A stretch of DNA of 59,346 bases, filler included, from Sphacelaria rigidula (Eukaryota): the NCBI GenBank assembly GCA_964200075.2. It is 10 parts of 10 records of this genome, joined end to end, with 100 filler letters (N's around TTAATTAATTAA, not from the genome) between each part and the next. Parts side by side here need not be neighbours in the genome. Positions count along the whole stretch, not along the records: positions 23,781 to 29,625 come from CAXNAA020024012.1; positions 29,726 to 35,570 come from CAXNAA020024013.1; positions 35,671 to 41,514 come from CAXNAA020024014.1; 7 more parts are not named here. One strand, 5' to 3'. The position numbers and the translations under genes were made by a program. Below are positions 24,471 to 37,874 of the stretch, one piece after another (positions within the stretch are counted from its first letter, which is position 1; the number at the start of each line of letters is the position of its first letter). The notes under the pieces were generated by a model. It did no database searches. It had not been told where the DNA came from and worked only from the letters and a program-made list of their open reading frames with translations.

Positions 24471-24569
24471 ACCAATAGAGAACTATGGGGGAAGGGGGAA
24501 GGGAGACGACTAAAATGTGAAGTAAATGCAAGTTACCTTCCGCATTGTGGTGCTTACAGCTATTCCCCA

Positions 24570-24828
24570 GAGTGATGCTGCGATAGGGTCAGCACTTTTA
24601 CGGCCTGAGATAAGAATTGTTTGGAACCCTTTATCTCGTCCAAAACACGACTTTCGAAATAGGTGAGAGTACGCCAGGGCTTTTCTTCCAATTTGCTAAG
24701 GATATCCCGAATGATATTTGCAAACGGGGATATCCTCACCCATATTCTTGTGTAGTTCCTAATTTGAGGAACCCCTGAATCAGACCGGTTTGGGCCACAA
24801 TAATGCTGACCCTATCGCAGCATCACTC
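24570..24828. mobile_element. MITE with perfect 25-bp TIRs (GAGTGATGCTGCGATAGGGTCAGCA)
   Basis: Exact inverted match of both ends; no clear TSD. Confidence 0.8.
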
Positions 24829-25642
24829 CTCATGCCCAGCTTAGCCAACTACTGCCATTCCGTTGGCATCGCTGAGATTCGACTGGCCTGCACTCGACAC
24901 GTTTTACCACGTCGTTGTAGGCATATGAGTCACTACTGTATTTCTCGACGCGTGTAAACATCGAAGAGTCCCCTCCGGGTGTGTGTGTGAGAGGGGAACT
25001 TTTGAAAAACAATCACTGTTTGTTTTGAGCTGCAGGTTTTGGATCGAGAAGCGAGGGCCCGATGATTAGTTGTTTGTTTGATTGAGTGAGTGAGTGAGTG
25101 AGTGAGTGAGTGAGAGAACGATCGTGGTACATTAACTGGTCCCGCATGGATGCAGTCGTGGCCGCATGATCGACGAGCCCGAATTCAAAGTAATCGAAAA
25201 CACTCGCTGCATGAAGGGAAGTGAGGCAGAGAAAAAGGGAGAATAGACAAGAAGAGAAGATGAAAAATAACTAGCAAACAAAAAAACAGATAACCAAAAC
25301 AAAGGCAAAAAAAACAAGAACAAAAAACAAGAATCTGCAAATAATGACCTGCCTCTATAACCTGGCTTTCAGGTGGAAACAGTATTGCGCGATAGCACAC
25401 GCGATCACACCCCAGCGAGAAAACGATACAAAAAGCCGGGGGAATAGATTGCGGCTCATCTATTTCGGCCACACTATTTCGGGCATGAGCTCTTACCCAT
25501 GAACCCTACGGAAGCGAGGCACCAAACTGCGACTTGCATACGCTGGGAGGAATGAACACACACACACATAAAGACATGCTGAACACATGAATCGATCCGA
25601 AGTTCATTTGTGGCGATAGTTTTACGCGTGCCGTCGCCGCAC

Positions 25643-28594
25643 CTGGGGATTGAACTGTTTGTTGAGGCTAGCTTTCATCTTGGCGCAGTGGGTGCTTCCC
25701 TTTGCCGAAGAGGCCACAGCATTTTCGGCGTCCGCGGCGTTGTACTCCCCTTCGACCACGATCTGCCCGAGTGGCGAAAAACATTACGACGACACGTTCC
25801 GACAGTTGTAAACGTGCAGACGCATATCACACTGATTTTTTGTTTTGATGAGCTGTGAGTTTTGGTGCTTCATTTTTTTCCGTACAACATGTGGTCAGGG
25901 AAGATTAAGGGTAAGAAAGGCACGCGAGCCCTTCAGCTTTGTATACGAGCTTGTCCAGCTGTCGTTTGGATTTTGACAGGAAACAAATAGGCATCATGAA
26001 GCCACGTACGTATGTAGCCGATATACTTGTTACTTGATGGTATTGCCTGACTTTGCTTGCGCGGATGCTCTTCCAGTAGATATCCCGGAAGCTTTGTGCG
26101 CAGAAAAGTGGTTAATCGGAGTTAGCCAGCGCTTTGTTGCTTTTGGTGATGAAAAATTGGATATAATGCCATTTTATGATATTCATATACTGGCAACTAC
26201 AGACGCAGGAGTGAGCCGACCGATTGATCGAATCGACGAATCAGTTGATCAATCATATTTTCCGAATTGCAACTAACCAATCGATAACTTTTGTTTTTCG
26301 GAGGTACTACACTCAGAATGCACTCACGTCTTCCGCTGTATGATCTGCGGGTTCCCCTTCGGCCTCCATAGCAGCCAGCGCCCCATTGGCCTCGTTGCCG
26401 GTCCCTTTGGTCCTCAAGCCGTGCACCTCGGTGTGCTTCATCGTCCTTGCCAAGGCGCGTACCTCCTGCCAAACGACGTTGACGCCAATTGAAAGGACCA
26501 GAACAAAAGTTTTTACCTGTATTAGTATAGTATGAGCACTCGAGCATAACGCGACACGTTAGCGGCCGGCCGGTGCGGCGGTGTTGCAGCGCTAACCTTT
26601 GAGTGCAAACATCGTTTTGGCCGGTCACTCAGTTCACTCTCAATTTCATGCGTTGTCTGCTATGTCATGTCGTCCGTGGGCTGCGGTGTACTGTTCTGTG
26701 TGTGGAACGGTACAAGGTACGGGGTCATGATTAACACCTGTGGAAACCAAATCAAAGTCCTCATCCAGAACAAATACTCCATGATAACGTACGTTGTCCA
26801 TCCAGACCAGACCATGCCACACACACCCATATATATACATATATATATATATATATGGCTGGTACAAAAAATAGCGCAAAGCAGTGGACACCTGCGCCGT
26901 GCAGTACTGTCAGTTAAGTGCCGAAAACACTCCTATCGGCCGCGTGTTAAAGTCTTGAATACCAGCATATGTAGTGCCTGCTACCGGGTACTTGAAATCA
27001 AACAGTTCGTGTGCACCATTAAGCATTTGATCGCTTTCACTTTAATGCTAGCAGCGTATAAATGGTGGTGTGGTGCATTGCACTCAGGTATGGAGATATC
27101 TGTACGTTGAAATGCCTCGTCCATTTTTTGGACGTGAGACTGTCCTCATTTCACGGACTCGCTCTGCCCGGGAAAATCTCATGTGCGGGCTAAACCCTCT
27201 CATGAACGCTTCGTGCCTTTCATATTGTACTCGTCGCCAATAAAGCTAAAACAGTAAATATTGGCGACCCGAGACCCCCTCCCCCCTCACACCTACCCGG
27301 AATCTATATGGTCGTTCTACGCTCAAGTGCCTGAAGGGGTCAATAGAGTACATGCGTGTCGACAACCCACAGTACAACACTCACTTAAAGTGCGACAATC
27401 AAGGAATCAACCAACCAATTAATCAATGCCATTACGGCAGTATCGGTTCGACTGAAAATAATGGTCCCATCGTCAGGGTTAGGGCTAGTGTTGGGGTTGG
27501 GGTCAGGGGCGTGGTACCTGCAGGGACTGGCCCGATTGGTTTTGAAAAACGTCAATCCTGAGGTGTTTTGAACTACGGCGCGGTCCTCTAAGCACGCGAT
27601 CCTCTCACGCATCACTCCATCTAGCGAACATGTGATACTTGTATTTCATTCTCTCCTACCCCTCCACAACCAGAGAATATTGAAAACAGAGAAGTGGCCA
27701 CAGAGCTAACATGTCAGTACCACTGCGGGAAAGGCCATGCACTAATATAGCCTCGAGAACGTCACTCACGCATTCACCTCTTCACCGCCTGGGTGTGTTC
27801 ATCTATCAAGTAGACACCATCTTCGCTTGACGGATAACTGTCAGGCTCGGTTGCCCATCTTGGAGCACTCAAAGAAAGGGAAAAGTATTGCCTCGCTGAA
27901 AGTATGGCCGGGAACGAATTCGTGATGTGTGTGTTCGTATTCAACTCCGGTGGTCTTTGCTGCCTTTCACCCGTGCATTATTGCACCGGCACTGTTGGTA
28001 AAACACAACGCATTGTGCGCCGGTTTGGAAGGCACCAACATTCAGAACCACAAAAGGGGCGACGGAACGCGTGAGCTCGTGAAACGCAAGCAATTGGTTG
28101 CACGAAGCCAAAGAAGGGTAGACAATAGCGGGAAAATTCTGATCATGAAACAACGACACAACGTCCAAAACGTGGCAAGCGTAGGTACTGTAGCAAATCA
28201 AGCGAGATCCTGGGGAGTTACCTCCACGACGAGCAGCACACGATTCACACGTATTTTACCGCAGGTAGGTTTGCGAATAAGATTGCCCCTTTCTTTTCCG
28301 GTGTAACGTTTATCGGTGCATATATCATTATTAGATTATTAGGGAGCTCGGGGGCACTCCTGTACTTTTCTCAGCGTGTCATGTTTCTCGGTTATTGTGG
28401 AAATGAAAGTCGATATCAGAAACTGTCTTTCACAACCGGATGTACTATCGGATAGAGCAATCCTTCGAAGCAGAACGAACTTCGGAATGTGTTGTCTTCC
28501 TCCGTACCTCCTCTTCAGCTCCGCGGAGTTGCTGCTCCAAACCTCGAGCCCCGACTTCGTGCACGAACGTGCGTACGTTCTCCGGATCTTCTCC
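25643..28594 (-). CDS. Partial multi-exon gene of unknown function (candidate exons)
   Basis: Phase-0 AG/GT-bounded open exons: 28594-28508 (GEDPENVRTFVHEVGARGLEQQLRGAEEE), 26465-26328 (EVRALARTMKHTEVHGLRTKGTGNEANGALAAMEAEGEPADHTAED), 25762-25643 (IVVEGEYNAADAENAVASSAKGSTHCAKMKASLNKQFNPQ). Intervening exons are uncertain. Confidence 0.45.
27472..27615. mobile_element. Truncated copy of the TGT...ACA MITE family
   Basis: Right half matches 45085-45237. Confidence 0.8.
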
Positions 28595-29481
28595 CTGTAG
28601 AAAAAACATAATCCGCATATACACGTACATATATTGCATGGGTACAATAGTAGTACACGGTGAGACGATAACACTCGACTTGTGCAGTACTGCGAGTCGA
28701 CTTTCGAGCACCATCCTATCGGCCGCACATTTTCTCACTTTCGCCCAGGACGTGTTAGTCGTGCAGCCCTTTCTGCCGGTAGCAGGTGGTGGAGAGTTTC
28801 GTGTGAAATTGTGCTCGTACGAATACGGTTGTCGTATTTTTGTCTAAAATGCATACGATGGGCGTTTCGCTTTTGTGGGATGTTTTTTCATGATGACAGT
28901 AGTATATAACTTATTGCAATTATTCAACCCCCAAGACGCCCGTGGCGTTCGTACTTTTGGATGTAGGCATAGCGTTCACTCGATTAGTGAATACCAGATA
29001 TATTCATGTCTACAGTTGACGTGCGACAATCAATCAGTCAACCAATCAATCACATGAGGGTTCAGCGTCGGGGGATAACGACTGACACGTGAAACACAAC
29101 GAGTGAGATTCTGCTCACAATTGGCGCTTCGACCATTCATTCTACTCTTCGATACAACACAACAAAATCCGTCTGACAATGGCAGGCTCGAAAAATGATA
29201 ATATTCGCAAGTATATCCGTCGAGACCCGCGATCGCTGTTGTGGCCTATATCTTTATCTCTCTGCTTTTCACTGTTTGGTTTTTTCTGCTCCCAGCTGTT
29301 CATTTGTCTGCCTACGTGCGCCTGTGTGTCGATATATACCTCTCTGTCTCTGTCTCTGTCGCTGTCGCTGTCTGTGTATCTGCCTCTCTCTACCTCTGTT
29401 TCTGCATGTCTACCTTCCTCTCTCCACCCGTCTGACTGTTTGCCTTTCTCTACCTCTCCGATATTTCCCCCCTCTCTCATA

Positions 29482-29625
29482 AGGCAGTGTATGAGCCGTG
29501 ACTGTCTCTGGAAGTGGCGATACCAGACAATAAAGCAACTCGTTGTAGGCTGTCATCCTAATGCAAGATAATCAGTAGGCTTCGGGTCGAACAATATTAG
29601 CAGGACGCAGCTCGCTCTTCGTGCG
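29482..29625 (+). repeat. Young interspersed repeat at a contig end
   Basis: Near-identical to 35500-35570 (also a contig end). Its last 16 bp equal the first 16 bp of the contig starting at 11891. Confidence 0.75.
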
Positions 29626-29989
29626 NNNNNNNNNNNNNNNNNNNNNNNNNNNNNNNNNNNNNNNNNNNNTTAATTAATTAANNNNNNNNNNNNNNNNNNN
29701 NNNNNNNNNNNNNNNNNNNNNNNNNGGGCAATCAGGCAGAAGAAATCGTGAATTTGGTGATTTTGAGTCGTGATCATTTGTCCTGACCGTGTATTCTTTT
29801 GAGCTAAAACCTCCATACCCTCCATCATCCCGCTCTCGCTCTCCTGCTAAAACAGGAGAAAAAAAGAATCCAGGACATACATCGGCCAAGAGCAGGGCCT
29901 TTTGCAGGCAGGTTCTAGTGCTAGACAATCCACTTGAGAGCCTCTTACACACACGCACACCCGTCAACACCCAACACGCAACGAAAAAA

Positions 29990-32900
29990 ATGGAAGGATT
30001 ATCGAATGCCGGAGTACCACCAGGAGCAGCGGCACCAGGGCAGCCAGGAGAACCCCTTTCCGCTGCCGCCCTGCACGCGGTGCTGCTGCACACGTTCGCG
30101 GCAGACGGCGACCAGCGTAAGGCCGCGGAGGCGCGGCTGGCTTTGCTGTGTGGTGCGCCCGAGTGCCTGATGTTGCTCTTGCAGATCGTCGTAGAGCCGC
30201 AGGTGTGGTCGGTGAAGAAGCGAGGTTTTTATATCAAGCCCCAAATATGCCTTCATCGTGTAGCTGCAGTCGGGGATTGCTGGCCGAAGTGGTGAACCGA
30301 TCAGCAGTGAGGGCATATAACGTAGGTTTGAATCGTCGAATGTAGTTATGGTTTTCGTCGTCAATGCGCGAGGACATGGATTCCAAGCATTACAAGTCGA
30401 TGAAAGTGGACGGGTGTGAAAGTGCGAATGGTCGTGATCTAATCCCCGACAGGGAGGAATCGGGTATATTCGGGGGGAGATATGGGTTAGTCCCACAAGA
30501 ACACGGACTCGACCTGAGGAGAGGTTGGAGTATGACACGAAGAACACTGCGTCGCTCCTTGGTCTTCCGCGACCGAAGCATACTATTCGCCACAGGTAGA
30601 GCTCGTCTGCTGCAAGAGAGCAGTGGCTGCGCGATGTTGATGATGAGTGTAACTATTGGGGGTCTTGGCGGATGAAGTGAAACCGAACCCGTCACTTGCT
30701 GTACGGCACCTCTTCGCTACTGTTGCGCTAGAGCTGCACGTGGGCAGTTGGGACCTCCTTCGCCGTTTTTCATAGCGCAAAGGCGGATGAATTGTAGGTG
30801 ACGGTGTGTCGCTCTGCGGCTCACTGCCCTGTATCCAAAAAATACCCTGGACAATAACAAACGGTTACACGGTCAACAAATGTATTGCGTACAGTATCGA
30901 CTGTTGCGTCTATTGCAATAGACAAAATATTCCATACTGTACGCAGTACACTTTTTGACAGTGTTGTCTTTTGTCGAGAGTGTGGTCCGAACGTTGGTGA
31001 AGCGCGACGAAAGGAATCGATCATACCCTGGACAAAATATGGTCAAAAGATGCAATAGACGAGAAGTGTACTGCATAAAGTATAGGCCTATTGGGACTAT
31101 TGTCGGCCGGCAATAGTCCCAATAGGCCTATACTTTATGCAGTACGTTTGTTGTCTATCGCAACTATTGACCATACATCGTCCAAGGTGTGGAATCGATA
31201 CACAAACTGTGGTGGGGGGAGGGACTGAACCATTCCAATGAGACATGTTTTTTGTGTTTTCGTCGCCGATGACTTGACGATTGCGGTGTGCTCCCATTCA
31301 GGTGGACAGGGCGGTTCGACAAGCGGGTACGATCGCGCTGAAAAATACGGTGAGAGCACGGTGGAGTCCCGGCAAGGATACTCCCACCTTCTCCCCTGAG
31401 CACAAGGCAACGTTTAGGTGAGCGAAGTGACTGTCCCACGCCATGAAGGAACGGCTTCCGAGGCTCGCCTGTGCACGTGTTTGTCTAGGTCAACGACGCG
31501 GACATTTTTATTTGCCGAGGCAAATGATTTCACCATGAAGATACAGACCGCTGACACGTGTATTTGATCAGGACGCGATGCCGATCATCAACTTCGAGCG
31601 CCGTAAAGGTGGGTAACCACTATTTGTGTACACGGTACGATACTGATTTTGTCCATTTGTCGTCTCTCTCGCTCTCTTTCCATTTCGGTCGTCATTTATT
31701 CAGGAGTAATATATTGGAGGCCCTGCTGCGAGAGAGGGATAACAGCGTGAGGGACATTTTGGCGGAAACTGTTAGGCTGGTTGCGCAGGTGGACTTCCCC
31801 GACGAATGGCCAGATCTCGTGCCGACGGTCGTGACCCAGCTTCAGACCGGAGAGGTTTTGCGGTACGAGCTTCTCGGCATATATGTTGTTGTTATTGTTG
31901 TAGTTGCTTTCTTGTAATTATCCGCACAATAACCCGCCCGTGGTCACAGACGCAGACTCGTCTTTCCAATACTGCCCCTGCTGTTCCCTGCAAGAGATGA
32001 AAGCTCTCGTTTTTTCCTCTGAATTTGCGCAAGAAGAAAAAAAGTCAACAATGTGTGTGTTTGTGCTTTTTTTTCCGGCCATCTTGCGCTGTGCTCGTCG
32101 GGATCGCGCGCTTCCGATCTTCTGTTGGTGGTGTTGTGCTTTCCGTTCTTCGTTTGCTCCTCTGTTATTGAATGTCGGGTATCGTTACAACCCTGCCCTC
32201 GTGCACACGGAGTCGTGTCCCTTGTCAGCCAGTAGATTGTAGCTCATATGTATGGACCGTTAGTCAAGTATCATGATGCCGACTCTAAAGATACAAACAA
32301 GACGCACAAAGGGCTAAGATCCAAGATCCAAGTACGTTGTGATCTTGTCCCTAGCCCGTGACTTTGATCGTTGTGCTCTCATCTGCTTGCGTAACCCCGT
32401 TCGGTCTATTTTGTTCTCTTCTGTGTAAAACGACAAAAGGGTACACAATGCCATGCTGGCTTTGCGTAAGATAGTCAAGCGGTTCGAGTTTAAGCCGAAG
32501 GATGCGCGGGGACCACTGCTTGCGGTGATGCGCATAACGCTCCCTCTCCTGCTCGCCATGTCCCACCAGCTTATCGGAGATGACTCGGCGGAAGCTGGCC
32601 AGGTAATTACGGAGGCAACTGACATACTTTCGTTCGGCCGAATGATATCCAGGATACCTGTCGAAGCAGTTGCAACTCATGTGCTGTGGCGTGCACCCGT
32701 GAAGCTCCGGTACTTTGTCGAAAGAAAGTTTTGAAATATTTTTGTTCAAATGTCGTCAGTCATGGTTACATGGTTGGAACGGTTTTTGAGCTGGAAACAA
32801 TGGAAGAACAAATATGTCACAAATGACTGCTCGCGAAGGGCTGATTGAGCGTAACCCGTTTTTTTTACTTGTGCTCCCCGATAGTTTGGTAGAAGGCTGG

Positions 32901-35267
32901 TAAAAAAAACGTGGAAGTCCATGTAGTGGACAGGTTGCACTTGTCGTTCGAAGTGTCAATTCATCAACACGTTCGAATATGATTTGACTCGGTGAAGTGC
33001 GGATTTTTTAGCGGAATGGGACTGGTTTGGAGTCTCACAAAAAGTGGAAGTCTTTCACACCCTAGGTACTACTGTTTTACCCTCGTTCAACAAACAATAG
33101 TCCAAACGCCAACCCAACCCAAAAATTATTATTTTTCCCATTTACTACGTGGATGAGTTGGAAACTCCGATTTTTTTTGTTACTTCGTACATATTATCAA
33201 TACATGTTTTATTGTTTTCCCTCGTTCAAAAAAGAACAATCTGGACCCCAATCCAGCCCAACCCCAAAAATTATTATTTAAAAGTTCGTGTACGCCTCAA
33301 ACCTGTCTGGAAAATAAAAGCGATAATGATCAAAAGATGCAATAGACGAAAAATATACTGAGTAAAGTGTAGGACTAATGCAACTTTGACGACCCACTAT
33401 AGTTGCAACACGCCCATACTTCACCCAGTACATTTTTCGTCCATTACATGTATTTACAATATATTTTCCACGGTGTGATATCTTTTCTGTCGATCGGTCG
33501 ACCCTGGGAGCATACAGGGATACTGTGAATAGTACAGTCTGTGTTGGTACTGCCGTGTGGAAGGAAAACCCATCCAACCTCGCCTGCACTTTTGTGCTAC
33601 AATGACCTTAACCCGGCATGAATCGTTTCATGTTTCAGTCGTGGAGTATGATGACAAGTTTTTACGTTGTCCTTTAGGGGTCGGGGGGGGGGGGGGGGGG
33701 GGCGTTCCGGAGAAGAGACGGAGTGTAGAATGCGGATGGAGCCTCGATGGAACACTGGCAGGATATTCCCCATTCATTTGGTGGTACCCACATTACCCCG
33801 TCCTTTCATGAGCTTCTTCCGATCTTTGATCAGAATAAATTTATATTGTAGAGGTGACCTGCTTCGCCAGGTATCATACCGGTGACGATATTTTTGCATC
33901 TCTCTTCTCATAGATTTCTTGTACGCGCGACATGTGTGTGTCGGGTTGGAAGAGCCAACCAACCAACCCCACGTGACGTGTGTGAGTTTGTGAATGCTTT
34001 TTGGTTGTCACATGAGAGCTTTTTGAATCACCATCAATATTACACACCCTGGACAATGATTTCCATCGTCGAAAATTGTACTGCGTTCAGTATGGGCCAT
34101 TGCGTACATTGCAAAAGACAATATATTTATACTACACGCAGTACAATTTTTAACAATGTAATATGCTGTTCAGGGTATGTAATATTTATCACCAGTCATT
34201 TATTGCTCACTCTCGAGTTTTGAGGATTTTTGTTTTCAAACCCCCGAGACATTCTGTGTATGAAGCATGCAAAGTTGTCTCATGGTGATGAGCCCTCGAT
34301 GGACACTTTGTGGAAAATGTCCACTTTCATGTGGCGGTGTCCACACGATCATGTTTTCCCGAATTCACGGGAGGGAGCAGTGCCGTCTTTTTTTTACATG
34401 TAAATTTTGAGGGCGAAAAAAAAGCTTCACTTATTTCCGTCATTTTCACGTGACAGGGCGTGTACTTGGCTCATAATTGGTTCACTCATTTCCCCGAGCG
34501 AACCACTGTGCGAATAGAACCGGTTCATTTTTTTTTTTTCTTGTGCAACTTGGTTCTCCCCAGGTGTTGAAGCTGGCTCTCAAGGTCTTTTGGTCCTGCA
34601 CCCAATTCGCGGTAAGTTGTTTCGTGTTTCTATGGTGTAGCAGTAGTTGGGCTGGCTGTATGCATCCCCTTGTCGTAGGAGAACAAGATTCGACCCACAC
34701 AAGAAACATGTAACGTATTTTGGTATTGTGATACTTGAAGTAGTGTGAGTCAAAACATTGTGTATTTGCGTTCCATAGTGACGGGCTCATTTCTTGTGCT
34801 GGCAAGTTATAGGATATCACCGTAGTTTACTCAGTCCTAATGATAGCGTATCATTCTTTTTCATTGCGGTTGTCGTTAATGTTGGTGAGAAGGAGGCGAA
34901 GATGACGGTGCCCTTGCGGTCATTCCCTCGCTGCCTGTCTGTTGCGGTACGTGGTTGCGTCGGGTTCTCCGACTCGAGGTAGTCTTGTGTGGTGACTGAC
35001 ACAACCCGAGCACATGTGCGTTTCAATTACGGAACTTACCTGCCTGTCTTCTGTTATGTTGTGCGTAATTCAAGGAGTTCAGCCGTTCATTCGACAAAAT
35101 TGTAGATGCTTTTTAAGTTGGCGCGGATGAACCACTTGTACTTTCTGTGAAAAGTTCTTCTTGCAACCTATTGATCCTGTGATGCGTGACACTCTGTGCT
35201 GCAGCTGCCCACTGGAGAAGATCTGGAAGCATTGAACGTGGCCTCGTGGATGGATCTTTGCTCCAAG
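29990..35267 (+). CDS. IPO7: Importin-7/8-like nuclear transport receptor (importin-beta family), N-terminal six exons, 3'-partial
   Basis: Exons 29990-30202, 31302-31417, 31704-31862, 32440-32602, 34564-34611 and 35205-35267, all GT-AG and in phase. Protein: ...QRKAAEARL...LLLQIVVEPQVDRAVRQAGTIALKNTVRARW...VDFPDEWPDLV...VHNAMLALRKIVKRFEFKPKDARGPL...LKLALKVFWS..., i.e. IBN_N plus Imp7/8-type motifs. Confidence 0.9.
30843..31190. mobile_element. Two adjacent MITEs of the (CA)CCCTGGACAA...TTGTCCAGGG family; the second is a near-perfect foldback
   Basis: Copies at 30843-30985 and 31024-31190. Relatives at 33300-33475, 34045-34181, 37254-37524 and 40510-40690. TA flanks at 34043/34181 suggest Tc1/mariner type. 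Confidence 0.75.
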
Positions 35268-36308
35268 GTTAGCCGGCCACCGCGCTCCGTACGAAACGGA
35301 GTAGAGAGGAGGCAAGGGGCGCAGGGGGACTGCCTTTACCATTTTTTTCATCATTTTTCTCTTCTCTCTTTTCTTCTCTCTTCTTGTCTCTTTTTTTTTC
35401 TTCTTTTGCGTTGCTCGAAGCTTTCGCCCTCTCTTCCCGTAGTGGATGGTCAAACGTCTCATGCAAGCAACAAATGAGTGCCCCCACACCCACACCCATG
35501 AGGCAGTGTAAAAGCCGTGTCTGTCTCTGGAAGTGGCAATACCAGAACATGAAGCAACTCATTGTTGGCTNNNNNNNNNNNNNNNNNNNNNNNNNNNNNN
35601 NNNNNNNNNNNNNNTTAATTAATTAANNNNNNNNNNNNNNNNNNNNNNNNNNNNNNNNNNNNNNNNNNNNCGCCTTTTGGTGCTGTATATACTGCACTGC
35701 GTACAATACCGTACAGGACAGTACTATACATCGTGCTTACACTTGTACGGTGCAATATACTGCAGAGTTATAGCGTGGCATATGGGCTACGTATGGCTAT
35801 ACAGAGTGAATGCCTGTAACTTTGCGTACATGGGGGTGTTATCTACCGTCAGATACTGCAGTATAGACCACCGCGCTTGTTCTTGCAGCATGCGCACAAC
35901 TACCGTCAGTAGGACATGAAAGGGAAGCGGACAAAGTACAGTACAGACAGCGCAGGACTACATATGTTTTCTGTTCACAGTGAGACGTGCAAATGACTTG
36001 AACAGCGTGCGCAGCTTTGTCTATGGCTGCACTGTCAATGATTACTCGAGTGTCTAGGCAGTAAGCCGGTCATTCCCCGCATCCTATGTACCCCGCGTGG
36101 TGCCGCCGCCGCGCCTGTGCCCAACCCGTGCTCTTTCCTGCAGGGTTGTGGTAGTAGCTGGGAATGAATGTTGTCCGGGGTTTGCATGGTTCGATCTGTG
36201 AACGTAGCGAGTGATGAAGTACGACAAGATTGCTGGGGTATGCATTTCACAGCAGCAGCGATATGGTCATGTATATATCGGACTGATTCGGGAAACTCGA
36301 GGAGTGCT

Positions 36309-36510
36309 CACTGGAGCATCAGATGCCCTCCAGAGGATTCGTTTATATCCATTCCAGAGGGATGAAACATCCCTACAGGGTGTTCAGACCTCAGAAGTCA
36401 CTGGACCATCAGATGCCCTCCAGAGGATTCGTTTATGTCCATCCCGGAGGGATGAAACACCTCTAGAGGGTAAAATACCCTTCAGAGGATGAAACTCACG
36501 ATAGAGGATT
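36309..36510. repeat. 90-bp tandem duplication with internal CAGAGG(G)AT(GAAAC) submotifs
   Basis: cactggagcatcagatgccctccagaggattcgtttat... occurs at 36309 and 36399. Confidence 0.8.
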
Positions 36511-37053
36511 TCCAAACAGGAGCCGAATGGCCGCGTGTGTTATCTCTCCCTTGCTACTCTCCTGGCATTTTTGGATTCGCGGATTGGAGCATGACCAACA
36601 CTCACTTTCCCTGCAGGCACGACGTCGTCAACTCTCCTCAATTTTTCCAAGGCACTCGACGTTACACGTCGCAAGTGAAGCCAGGCTACTGCCACGGTGG
36701 GGGACTACGGTGGTCCCCCACCGTAGTACCAGCCTGGCCCGACGCTTAATGTGATTCGACTTGACTTGGAAAGGGGCTCCCGCCTGTAACGAATCTCGTG
36801 ACGTGCAACATTAAGTCGTGACGTGTAAAGTCAAGTGCCTCGATTTTTTTCTCATGATTGTTCACACCCTCACATTGTCTTGGACGATAGAAACAGCTGT
36901 ACCTCAACTCTTGCACCACCGGGCCGCTGCGGCGCAAGTATCATCTGTTCTCACGTCCCCCCCCCGGCGGGATTATTATTATTATTATGTCCGCACATTA
37001 GTCCGATCTCTCGAAACTGTGTTCACAGACGTTGATGACCCTTTGACATTATA

Positions 37054-37243
37054 CAAGGGCGTGTTGGGTAGGGTATTTCCTACATTTGGGTATTTCGAAA
37101 AATCATTACCCAGATATTGGTGGAGTGTTGCGATGGCACCTATCTCCACCAGATATTTGCATAGAGTTTGGAGATCTCATCACAGCAACACAAGATCTGG
37201 GAGAGTGAACACTCGTGTATTTACCCTACCCAACACACCCTTG
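37054..37243. mobile_element. hAT-like MITE (TIR CAAGGGYGTGTTGGGTAGGGTA, 8-bp TSD)
   Basis: Flanks are ACATTATA / ACATTGTA. Related copy at 53821-54065. Confidence 0.85.
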
Positions 37244-37874
37244 ACATTGTACCACACCCTGGACAGTATATGGTCAATATATACAACAGTAAAAAACGAT
37301 GTGCTACTTCACAAAAAAATATGGGCCGATTGGAACGAGCAATAGGCTTATCCCTTGCGCAGTACATTTTTTGTCTATTGCAACTATTGCATACCCTGGA
37401 AACAGAACACGGTTAAAAAGTGTACTGCGTACAGTATCAACTATTGCGCCTATTGCAACAGACAAAATATTCCATACTGTACACAGTAATTTTTTTGACA
37501 AAATTATCTTTTGTCCAGGGTGTGAAATTAACCTGCACGCATCACTGTGTTTTTTTTTTGGTTTTTTTTCCGGGGTAGGAGGGAGTCTTGAGGTGGTGGG
37601 TAGTGGTGCGAGGCGAGAGATTGAGGGAGACGGCGCTCGTCCCAAATCCGCAGACTGCGGAAATGGTTTTGTCATGGGAACCACGGACCTTGCAACAAAG
37701 TGTGGGCACCTTCTGGAGTTGCTTACGAGTAGTATAATCATGTGATGAGTATACCAGACGTCTTTGCTGCTGACAAGTACAGTAAAATTGACGTACAAAT
37801 AAGACGAACTAGTCAACCGGCATCATTGCGGCTATACTCAGGTTTCGACAAAATATCAGATCTATAGGGGACTA

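Noticed and set aside
249..28594. One giant minus-strand gene linking exons in contigs 1-5, divergent from the importin gene
   Set aside because: It would cross artificial spacers between length-sorted contigs, and there is no evidence of adjacency.
28716..28730. ATG TGC GGC CGA (MCGR), the HMCES/SRAP N-terminal motif, on the minus strand
   Set aside because: It is immediately followed by TAG, with no splice donor and no other SRAP motifs.
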